A stretch of DNA of 64,000 nt, taken from positions 32,001 through 96,000 of the forward strand of contig JANNWY010000307.1 of NCBI GenBank assembly GCA_031409335.1, written 5' to 3'. How positions within the stretch are numbered: position 1 is the first letter of the stretch; each line of letters opens with the position of its first letter. The notes beneath the pieces were generated by a model, which saw only the letters and a list, made by a program, of their open reading frames with translations, was not told where the DNA came from and searched no databases. Positions 9,573-17,641 of this stretch are shown here, piece by piece. Source of the stretch: Chthoniobacteraceae bacterium. Lineage in GTDB: Bacteria > Verrucomicrobiota > Verrucomicrobiia > Chthoniobacterales > Chthoniobacteraceae. A program made the translations under genes and the position numbers.

Positions 9573-9907
9573 GTCGGGCGAAGTTGCTCAACGCCTGCGG
9601 CGATTTCGAGCAGCGATTTGGAAATCGTGGCTGCGGCGCCCCCGCCGCAGCGCCCGGTCCTGCGACGAGGGCGTCGCAGCCACAGATCGCCGGGGAAACT
9701 TCTCGACAAAAGCGCGCCACACCGGTTCACTTTGCGCACCCCCGCCCGGTGAAATGGATGAGGAAGACGAGGTGGCAGCCTTCGCGGGTTGTGCGCGTCG
9801 TTTTCCGCGTCGGATTTCGCCGAGTCCAAACAGAACCGGTTCACAAATCAATTTTGTCGCCGGTGAAACCTTGTCCGTTTCCCGAGATCACGTCCAAACA
9901 TTGAACT

Positions 9908-12900
9908 ATGAAAACTGCCGCTTCGCTCGTTTCCATCCGCGCTCGCATCCAACGGTTTTTACCGGCCTTGCTCGCGACCACGCTGATTTTTTCCACCGCC
10001 GGTCTCGCACAGGTGGCACCGAAAGTGAAGACCAAGCGGCCGCCGTTTGCCGAGGAAGTCGTTCCGCCGGAGGAGATGATGCAGTTGCGGGCGACGGATC
10101 CGCTACCCGGGCTTCCGTTCGACACGAGTTTTGACAGCGAGGGCTGGATCGATCAGGGGCCGGGGCCGACGACCAATGGCGATCTGAATATCGCGCCGGG
10201 GCATCATACCGCGGGCTGCGTGACGTGCGTGGTGCCGCATCCGACGAATCAAAACGTCCTCTACATCGGCACGGCGAATGGCGGCGTGTGGAAGACCAGC
10301 AACGCGCTCGCGGCGAGCCCGCGCTGGTTTCCGCTGACGGATAATGAGCTTTCGATGTCCATCGGTGGACTCGCGCGCGACCTCAATGACGCGACGGGCA
10401 ATACGCTCGTCGCGGGCTATGGGCTGCGCAGCAGTTTCGGCAGCGCGGGCGGCGCGCACCTCGGGCTGATTCGCACGACCGATGGCGGAGAGACTTGGAC
10501 GCGGATCGGTGCGACGCCGCTGGCGGGGCGCAGCATTTATCAGATCGAAGTGCGCGGAAATACCTTCCTGCTCGCGGTGCCGAATACGGACAACAGTACG
10601 CCGACCGGGCTCTATCGCACCACGGATGGCGGCGTGAATTTCACGAACATGGCCGGCGCGGGCACGGGGCTGCCGGCGGGCGCGGTGACGCACCTGGCGG
10701 GCGATCCGAGCAGTGCGGTGCGTTTTTACGCGCACGTTGCGGGCACGGGCGTCTATCGCAGCACGGATGCCGGCGCTTCGTGGACGAACATCTCCGCGGG
10801 CATGGCGGCGGCGAACGCGGGGCAGGTCGCGCTCGCCGTTGCGCCCACTGGCACACTCTTCGCCGCCGAGTTGGCCGCTACCTCGCGCGTCTACCGCTCG
10901 ACCAACACGGGCGCGAACTGGACGCAGATGGATAACGTCCAGGCGAACACGAGCAGCATCTTCAACGGCTTCGTCGCCGACCCGACGAACTCGAACATCG
11001 TCTATCTCTCCGGGCTCTTCACGCGCGGGGGCTTCCCCTTCAGCGGGCGCGTGGTGCGCGGCAATGCTTCGCTCGCGGCGGGCAGCCAGTGGGTTTCCAT
11101 CGCGAGCACACAGAACCTCGGCCTTGGCACTGCGCCGCACACCGATTCGCGCGTGATGGTTTTCAATGCGGGAAACCGGCTGATCGAAGGCGACGACGGC
11201 GGCATCTATGAGTTGAATATCGCGAACGTCGGCAGCGAGGGAGATGGCGCGGGCGGCGGCGGCACGTGGCGCTCGCTCAATGGCAATCTGCACGTCTCCG
11301 AGATGCACTCGATGGCCTACGATCGCGTGGCGCGGATCGTCCTCGGAGGCGCGCAGGACACGGGCTTTCAGGAGCAGCTCAAATCGGGCGACGGGCTGTG
11401 GGACAAGACTTCCAATGGCGACGGCGGCGACCCGGCGGTCGATCTCCTCGCCACGGCAGGTCAGGCAATCCGCTACGGCAGCTCGCAATTCCTCGGCGGC
11501 TTTTACCGCCGGACCAACAACGCCAGCAACACGCAGACCGCGCTCGCTTTTCCCAATACCACGCTCGTCGGCGGCGGTGCGCCGATCGTTCGAGCTGGGC
11601 CGCCAACAGGAAACATGCAATTCGTCACGCCGATCGCGACGAATCCGGTGGCCGGGTCGCGGCTCATCATCGGAGGCAACGCGACGGTGTACGAATCGAC
11701 TGACCAGGGAAATACGGTCGCGCAGATCGACACCAACGGCGCGAATCAGATCGCGAAGATCGCCTACGGCGGACGGCTCGCGGGGGCCAATGTTCCCGGC
11801 GTGCTCTTCTACGGCTCGGGCGCGAACGTCCGCTTCCGCACTGCGGCGAGCGGCGCGGTGACGGGCAACGTCGCTTGCCCCGGCGGCACCGTGCAGGGCA
11901 TCGTCTTCGATCCGGAGAATTGGCAGACGGCTTACATCCTCGGCAACAACACGGTCTTTGTGGCAAACAACCTCCCAGCGAACGGCGCGGGCGCCTTCAC
12001 CAACATCACCGGCAATCTCACCGGTGTCGGGCAGATGAATACGATCGAATATCTCACGCTCCCGAGCGGCGGGAACGCCATCGTCGTCGGCACGGACATC
12101 GGCGCGTACATCATGCGCGTCGCCGCGCCGGGGGTGTGGCGAACGCTGGGCAACAATCTGCCGCACGCGCCGGTCTATGATTCGTACTTCGACGCCGCGG
12201 GGCAGGTGCTCACGGTGACCTGCTTCGGCCGCGGCGCGTGGCTCTTCGATTTCAAGCCGAACAAAGCCGAAGGGCAGTACGGCGAGAGTTTTCAAAGCTA
12301 TACCGAGAACACGACGACCTTCCCCAGCCGGGTCGGTGAGTTGTTCTCCAACCAGCTCGGCACGACGACGCGGATGGTGGATAACGATTTCCACGAGTTG
12401 CAGCTCCTCGCGGACGGGGTGGGCGGCACGCTCACCGCGTTCCGGCTGCCCGACCTGAATCCCGGCAAACCCGTCTCGGCATTTTCCGCAAAATGGAACG
12501 CGACGATCTACGGAGACGCGGCTTTCAACGCGCTGGCGGATGGGTTCTCCTTCAATTTCGGCCCGCTCGGCGGCATCACCGCCACGGCTTTCACCAACCT
12601 CACCTACGCCAATGAGGATGGCTTCAATGCGGGCCTGACCGTGAGCGTGCGGACCTACGACGGCAATTTTCCCGGCTACTACGTGAGCGTGAACGGCGTC
12701 GCGGTTCCGGGCGGCTTCGTCTCGAAGCCGTCGGCCAACTGGGGCAGCTTCAACACCGCGCGTCACTTCTTCGAGGTGGACTGGCGCGGCGACACCGGGC
12801 TGACGCTGCGCGTCGATGGCGTCGCGATTTTCACCAATCTCGCCACGCCCGGCTTCATCCCGGCGGCGGGCGACCGCTTCGTCTTCGGCGCGCGCACCGG

Positions 12901-14656
12901 CGGGTCCGATCAGGAAACGCGGCTGGATAATCTCGCGATCTTCACCGGCGGCGTGCTCACGCCGGTCACGGGTGTCGCGCCGTTTCATTTCAGCAGCGAC
13001 TTTCCGCAAAACGGCCAAACCGCGGACAAAGCCTTTGACGGCAACGTGGCCACCAAATGGCTGGCGCTGGATTACACGGCCTCGATCGGCGCGAGTTTTC
13101 CATCGGCAAAAACGGTGCGCGCTTACACGCTGACGACCGCCGAGGATGTGCCGGAGCGCGATCCCCTCGCGTGGGATTTTCAGACGAGCAGCGATGGCAC
13201 GGTCTGGACGCAGCACGGCGTGCAGAGCGAGCAGTATTTTCGAAATCGCAATGAGCGGCGCGCGTTCGTCGTCGCGGGTCCGGCGGCGAAAACGCGGTTC
13301 CGCCTGTTGATCGGGGAAAATCACGAAGCGCCCGAGATTCAGCTTTCCGAGTTTCAGCCGTGGGAATTCACGACCGTCCCGCCCGCGATCATCGTGACGA
13401 ATACGGACAATGCCGGCCCCGGCTCGCTGCGCGCCGCGCTCGCCGCGTCCGCGACTTTCGACACCGCCTCGACCATCACCTTCGCCCCCACGCTTTCCGG
13501 CCAGACGATCACACTCGCGAGCGACCTCCTCGCCAACACCGCGGCGGGTGTCACGATCGACGCCAGCGCCCTGGCCGCCGGCCTCACCATCGACGGCGGC
13601 GCGGGCACCAACCGCATTTTCTCAAACGACGCCGGCCGGACGCTCACGCTCATCGGCCTCACGCTCACCGGTGGCAACGGCACCGGCAACTTTGCGGGCG
13701 ACGCTGGCGGCGCCGTCTTCAACAACGGCACGGTCACGCTCGATCGCTGCGCCGTCGTGGGCAATTCTTCGACCGTCGTCGGCGGCGCGCTGCACAACAA
13801 CGGCACCATGACGGTTCGCCGCTCCACGCTGTCCAACAGTTCGAGCGCCTTCGGCGGCGGCATCGCCAACTACGGCGCGCTCACCGTGCAACACACCACC
13901 ATCTCGGGAAACTCCGCGAGCGGGAACGGCGGCGGCATCGACAACGGCAACGGCGTGACCATTACCCTCACGCTCGACAACAGCATCGTCGCGGGCAACA
14001 CCGCGAGCACTGGTGCTGACATCAACAACTTCAACGGCACCGTCACGCGCGTCGGTGCCAGCATCGTGCAGGGTTACGCCGGCGCCGCCGCCGCCGGCAG
14101 CGGCACCATCAGCGCCGCCAACCCGCTCCTCGCCCCGCTCGACAACTACGGCGGCACCACCCGCACCCGCGCGCTCATCCTCAACAGCCCCGCGCGCAAT
14201 ACCTCCGTCGGCAGCATGGCCAGCGGCGACCAGCGCGGTTTCCCCATCGTCGGCGGCATCCCCGACATCGGTGCGTATGAAGCCGGCACGCTCGCGAACT
14301 ACAACGCCTTCATCTGGGAAACGCTGCCCGCGGGCGCGACCGTCGGCCAGCACGCGCCGCTCTTTGACTACGACGGCGACGGCGCGATCAACGGCAACGA
14401 ATGGCTCGCCCTCACGAATCCCGCCAATCCGGCGAGCCTCTTCCGCATTACGAACCTCGTGCGCGTGGGTGCGAATGTGGATCTCACCTTCACCACAGTC
14501 GTCGGGCGAAACTACACCTTTGAGTTCAGCCTGAATCTGGTGACGTGGACGCCCATCACCGCCACCGTCGCCGGCACCGGCAATCCCTTCACGATCACCC
14601 TCGGCCCCACCACCGGTTTGGACCAGGTCTTCTACCGCGTCCGCGTCGGCCCGTGA
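9908..14656 (+). CDS. Large secreted multidomain protein: BNR/Asp-box beta-propeller, lectin-like and discoidin domains, beta-helix/choice-of-anchor-Q-like region, Ca-binding C-terminal domain
   Basis: Signal peptide; repeated RSTDxGxxW Asp-boxes; ADGFSFNFG lectin-like; KAFDGNVATKW discoidin; VTNTDNAGPGSLRAAL; GGA/FNN repeats; LAPLDNYGG...DQRG...DIGAYE; DYDGDG..NGNE; ends FYRVRVGP. Confidence 0.85.
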   Translation: MKTAASLVSIRARIQRFLPALLATTLIFSTAGLAQVAPKVKTKRPPFAEEVVPPEEMMQLRATDPLPGLPFDTSFDSEGWIDQGPGPTTNGDLNIAPGHHTAGCVTCVVPHPTNQNVLYIGTANGGVWKTSNALAASPRWFPLTDNELSMSIGGLARDLNDATGNTLVAGYGLRSSFGSAGGAHLGLIRTTDGGETWTRIGATPLAGRSIYQIEVRGNTFLLAVPNTDNSTPTGLYRTTDGGVNFTNMAGAGTGLPAGAVTHLAGDPSSAVRFYAHVAGTGVYRSTDAGASWTNISAGMAAANAGQVALAVAPTGTLFAAELAATSRVYRSTNTGANWTQMDNVQANTSSIFNGFVADPTNSNIVYLSGLFTRGGFPFSGRVVRGNASLAAGSQWVSIASTQNLGLGTAPHTDSRVMVFNAGNRLIEGDDGGIYELNIANVGSEGDGAGGGGTWRSLNGNLHVSEMHSMAYDRVARIVLGGAQDTGFQEQLKSGDGLWDKTSNGDGGDPAVDLLATAGQAIRYGSSQFLGGFYRRTNNASNTQTALAFPNTTLVGGGAPIVRAGPPTGNMQFVTPIATNPVAGSRLIIGGNATVYESTDQGNTVAQIDTNGANQIAKIAYGGRLAGANVPGVLFYGSGANVRFRTAASGAVTGNVACPGGTVQGIVFDPENWQTAYILGNNTVFVANNLPANGAGAFTNITGNLTGVGQMNTIEYLTLPSGGNAIVVGTDIGAYIMRVAAPGVWRTLGNNLPHAPVYDSYFDAAGQVLTVTCFGRGAWLFDFKPNKAEGQYGESFQSYTENTTTFPSRVGELFSNQLGTTTRMVDNDFHELQLLADGVGGTLTAFRLPDLNPGKPVSAFSAKWNATIYGDAAFNALADGFSFNFGPLGGITATAFTNLTYANEDGFNAGLTVSVRTYDGNFPGYYVSVNGVAVPGGFVSKPSANWGSFNTARHFFEVDWRGDTGLTLRVDGVAIFTNLATPGFIPAAGDRFVFGARTGGSDQETRLDNLAIFTGGVLTPVTGVAPFHFSSDFPQNGQTADKAFDGNVATKWLALDYTASIGASFPSAKTVRAYTLTTAEDVPERDPLAWDFQTSSDGTVWTQHGVQSEQYFRNRNERRAFVVAGPAAKTRFRLLIGENHEAPEIQLSEFQPWEFTTVPPAIIVTNTDNAGPGSLRAALAASATFDTASTITFAPTLSGQTITLASDLLANTAAGVTIDASALAAGLTIDGGAGTNRIFSNDAGRTLTLIGLTLTGGNGTGNFAGDAGGAVFNNGTVTLDRCAVVGNSSTVVGGALHNNGTMTVRRSTLSNSSSAFGGGIANYGALTVQHTTISGNSASGNGGGIDNGNGVTITLTLDNSIVAGNTASTGADINNFNGTVTRVGASIVQGYAGAAAAGSGTISAANPLLAPLDNYGGTTRTRALILNSPARNTSVGSMASGDQRGFPIVGGIPDIGAYEAGTLANYNAFIWETLPAGATVGQHAPLFDYDGDGAINGNEWLALTNPANPASLFRITNLVRVGANVDLTFTTVVGRNYTFEFSLNLVTWTPITATVAGTGNPFTITLGPTTGLDQVFYRVRVGP

Positions 14657-14691
14657 GGCGTGGAAGGCGTCCGCAACCGCGCCTTTTCAAC

Positions 14692-14748
14692 AAAAAAAAA
14701 GCGGCAGGGAAAGCGCGCTGCGCCCTCCCTGCCGCGTGAATCTTTTTT
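14692..14748. terminator. Probable bidirectional intrinsic terminator
   Basis: A-tract, GCGGCAGGGA...TCCCTGCCGC stem, downstream T-tract; lies between convergent genes. Confidence 0.65.
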
Positions 14749-14760
14749 GGGAATCCGAAG

Positions 14761-15093
14761 TTATTCCGCCGCGATCGCCGGAGCCTCGACGGGCGTCGGT
14801 GCCTGCGGTGGCGGTGGCGCGACTTGGACGACTTGGAAGTTCTGGATCGTTTGATTCAAAAGCTGCGTGAGGCGGACGACGCCGGAGGGCGTCATGACGA
14901 TGCGGGTGTGGATCGGCATGAGCGAGACGCCTGGACGATCGGGCACGATGCCGGAGGTGAAATCGAGATAGACTTCCTCCTGGCCGACGTTGACGAGCGC
15001 ATGATTCGCGTAGCGCGCCGTGAAGTCGTCATACTTGACCTGGATGGTGATATTTTGCTGCTGAGGAGCCGGGGTGGTTTGTTCTTTAGACAT
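14761..15093 (-). CDS. DUF3467-like small cytoplasmic protein
   Basis: IQVKYDD...YANHALV...EEVYLDF...HTRIVMTP pattern matches my recollection of DUF3467; ATG at 15093. Confidence 0.75.
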   Translation of the reverse strand: MSKEQTTPAPQQQNITIQVKYDDFTARYANHALVNVGQEEVYLDFTSGIVPDRPGVSLMPIHTRIVMTPSGVVRLTQLLNQTIQNFQVVQVAPPPPQAPTPVEAPAIAAE

Positions 15094-15193
15094 GGGCGCA
15101 ATCGGTAGCAGCCTCGTGCGAGAAATCAATCTGGAGTTGCGAGAACGGCCTTCGCCTTTCCAAGCGGTGATGCTAAGTGTCGGCGCGATTCCC

Positions 15194-15406
15194 ATGGCTA
15201 CTTACATTTACGAAACCATTCCGAAGAAAAAGGGCGAGAAGCCGCGCCAGTTTGAAGTCGTGCAGAAAATGACGGACGACGCGCTGACGCACGACCCGGA
15301 GAGCGGTCTGCCCGTGCGCCGCATCATCGTCGGCGGCAGCGGCAACATCATGCGCGGGACGAGCATTCTTTCGATGAACAATCCCCGGCGCGGCGGGAAA
15401 CGCTGA
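15194..15406 (+). CDS. FmdB-type zinc-ribbon-like protein lacking cysteines
   Basis: MATYIYE...FEVVQKMTDDALTHDPESGLPVRRII follows the MPxYxY...FE..Q.M.D..L..CP..G...RRI pattern. Confidence 0.7.
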   Translation: MATYIYETIPKKKGEKPRQFEVVQKMTDDALTHDPESGLPVRRIIVGGSGNIMRGTSILSMNNPRRGGKR

Positions 15407-15529
15407 CCGTTTCGGACCGCATGGGTTGAGGTTTGGGCAGTGGCACGTGGATAAAAAGGCTCCCGCGTGCTTTTACCCGCCGGGACGGCATCACACTTGC
15501 GCTCGCTTCCCTGCGAAACGCTCCACAAT

Positions 15530-16957
15530 ATGCAAGACCGTATGACCAACGCTGTCGTCGATACTCACCAAAAGGCCCTCGCCGTAAATCTCGATCCACG
15601 CTGGTACGGCACCTTCGCAGAAATCGGCGCGGGGCAGGAAGTCGTGCGCTGGTTTTTCCGCGTCGGCGGCGGCGCGGGCACCATCGCGAAGTCGATGTCC
15701 GCTTACGACATGACGGTGAGCGACGCCATTTACGGACACACCGAGCGTTACGTATCGCGCCCGCGTTTGCAGGCGATGCTCGACCACGAGTACAAACTCA
15801 ACATCGAACGGCTCGGCGAAAGTCGCGGGGATAGCACCGCGTTCTTCGCCTTTGCGGACACCGTCGTCGCGCGCAGCTTCAAAGGCGGCAACGAGTGCCA
15901 CGGCTGGATGGGCGTGAAATTTCAATCGCATCCGCGCGACGAACCCAGCGAGATCGTGATCCATGTGCGGATGCTCGACACCGAGGCGTCGCTCCAGCAG
16001 GAGGCGCTCGGCATCGTCGGCGTGAATCTGCTCTACGGCGCTTTTTTTCAACATCACGAGCCCGATCAACTCGTCGAAAGCCTGCTCGATAAACTGACCA
16101 CCGGCCGCATCGAGATCGACATGATCGAGTTCGCCGGCATCGAGTTTCGCTACGTCGATAATCGCCTGATGGCGCTGAAACTCGTGCAGCTCGGCCTCAG
16201 CGGCGCGGCCATGTTTGGCGCAAATCGCGAAGTGCTCCAGCCGTCCGAAGTGCTCCACCGGAAAGCCGTCCTCGTCGAGCGCGGCAGCTTCCGCCCGCTC
16301 ACTTACGTGAACGTGGACATGCTCGAATGCGCGCTCGCGAAATTTCAATCCGAGCCCACCGTCGCCGGAAAAACCGTGCTCCCACTCATGGAAATCACCA
16401 TGCGCAATCTGCTCGCCGGCGGCACCGAGGTCGATCGGCGCGACTTCCTCGCGCGCGCCGACCTGCTCGCCGCCTGCGGCATGACTGTCCTCATTTCCGA
16501 CTACTTTGAATACTACCGCCTCGCCGCCTACCTCGCCGGGCGGACGAAGGAACGCATCGGCATCGTCATGGGCGTGCCGAGCCTGATCGAGCTGTTCGAT
16601 GACAAATACTACACGCAGCTTCAGGGCGGCATTTTGGAAAGTTTCGGACGCCTCTTCAAAAACGATCTGAAGCTCTACGTGTATCCACTGCGCCCGCATC
16701 AGCAGACCGAGCTGCAGACCGTCGCCAATCTCGAAGTCGCCGCGGAATTGCGACCGCTCTACGACTATCTCTGCGGACGCGGCAGCTTCGTGCATCTCGA
16801 CAACTTTAAGACCGAATACCTCCACATTTTCTCACGCGACGTGCTCAAGCGCATCGCCGCGAAAGACGCATCGTGGGAAGCGATGGTCCCGCCCGCCGTC
16901 GCCGAGGCCATCAAGAAGCGCGGCTTCTTCGGCTACGCAAAAGGCCACGCGGATTGA
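15530..16957 (+). CDS. Conserved cytoplasmic protein with C-terminal nucleotidyltransferase-like region (nicotinate-nucleotide adenylyltransferase-like family)
   Basis: YGTFAEIGAGQEV, KSMSAYDM..SDAIYG, ERGSFRP.T and IFSR.VL..I....WE.MVP motifs; no signal peptide; start may be 15542. Confidence 0.7.
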   Translation: MQDRMTNAVVDTHQKALAVNLDPRWYGTFAEIGAGQEVVRWFFRVGGGAGTIAKSMSAYDMTVSDAIYGHTERYVSRPRLQAMLDHEYKLNIERLGESRGDSTAFFAFADTVVARSFKGGNECHGWMGVKFQSHPRDEPSEIVIHVRMLDTEASLQQEALGIVGVNLLYGAFFQHHEPDQLVESLLDKLTTGRIEIDMIEFAGIEFRYVDNRLMALKLVQLGLSGAAMFGANREVLQPSEVLHRKAVLVERGSFRPLTYVNVDMLECALAKFQSEPTVAGKTVLPLMEITMRNLLAGGTEVDRRDFLARADLLAACGMTVLISDYFEYYRLAAYLAGRTKERIGIVMGVPSLIELFDDKYYTQLQGGILESFGRLFKNDLKLYVYPLRPHQQTELQTVANLEVAAELRPLYDYLCGRGSFVHLDNFKTEYLHIFSRDVLKRIAAKDASWEAMVPPAVAEAIKKRGFFGYAKGHAD

Positions 16958-16959
16958 GC

Positions 16960-17631
16960 GTGCATCAGCCTTTGCAGCCCGTCGCGCCGGTCGAGACTTT
17001 CCCAGCGCTCGCTGAAATTGCTGCCGTCAGCCACGGCTTCATCGGGCGCGTTCCGGGGCTCGATGTGAAAGTGAAACGCGAAACCGCGCTCGCGCGCCTC
17101 GATGAATTTCACGCCGGCGCCCGCGCCCGCGCGGGACTCGCCGACCGCGTGTTCATCACCGCGGATCAAGTCCACGGCAGCGAAGTCGCCATCGTCGATT
17201 CACAAAGCACCACGCCGATCCCGGACACCGACGGCCTCATCACCGCCGACCCGCGCGTCTGCCTTGGCATCCACGTCGCCGATTGCGGCCCCGTCTTTCT
17301 CGTCGATCCCGCGCGCCGCGTCATCGCGCTGCTCCACTCCGGCAGAAAAAGCACGGACCTCGGAATCACGACGATCGCCATCGCGAAAATGCAGCGCGAA
17401 TTCGGCTGCGAACCCGCGAATCTCGTCGTGCAACTCGGCCCGTGCATCCGTCCACCGCTTTACGAAATCGACTTCGCCGCCGCGATCCTCGCGCAAGCCC
17501 GCGCTGCGGGAGTGCGCGCGGTGCATGATTGCGGCATCTGCACGGGCAGCGACGCGGAGCGTTACTATTCGTATCGGGTGGAGCGGGGGAAAACCGGGCG
17601 GCTCCTGGCGTTTCTCGCGCTCGTCGGCTGA
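16960..17631 (+). CDS. YfiH/PgeF family (polyphenol oxidase-like / purine nucleoside phosphorylase)
   Basis: QVHG, DGLIT, VADC.PV, HSG, GPCI, CT and YYSYR motifs; GTG start at 16960. Confidence 0.85.
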   Translation: MHQPLQPVAPVETFPALAEIAAVSHGFIGRVPGLDVKVKRETALARLDEFHAGARARAGLADRVFITADQVHGSEVAIVDSQSTTPIPDTDGLITADPRVCLGIHVADCGPVFLVDPARRVIALLHSGRKSTDLGITTIAIAKMQREFGCEPANLVVQLGPCIRPPLYEIDFAAAILAQARAAGVRAVHDCGICTGSDAERYYSYRVERGKTGRLLAFLALVG

Positions 17632-17641
17632 GTCTTGCGCT

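Noticed and set aside
9569..9844. 91-aa ORF abutting the GAF-HlyD gene as a possible leader peptide or M50 substrate
   Set aside because: The TGATG coupling is suggestive, but there is no motif, the composition is atypical and it fills the divergent promoter gap; not supportable without homologs
10103..13324. 1073-aa minus-strand ORF and similar long shadows (2633-4801, 6307-8403, 7788-9752, 17102-19057, 20537-22153)
   Set aside because: They overlap well-supported genes on the opposite strand and carry no recognisable domains
15530..16957. TonB-dependent receptor label often attached to this family
   Set aside because: No signal peptide, plug or barrel pattern, and too short
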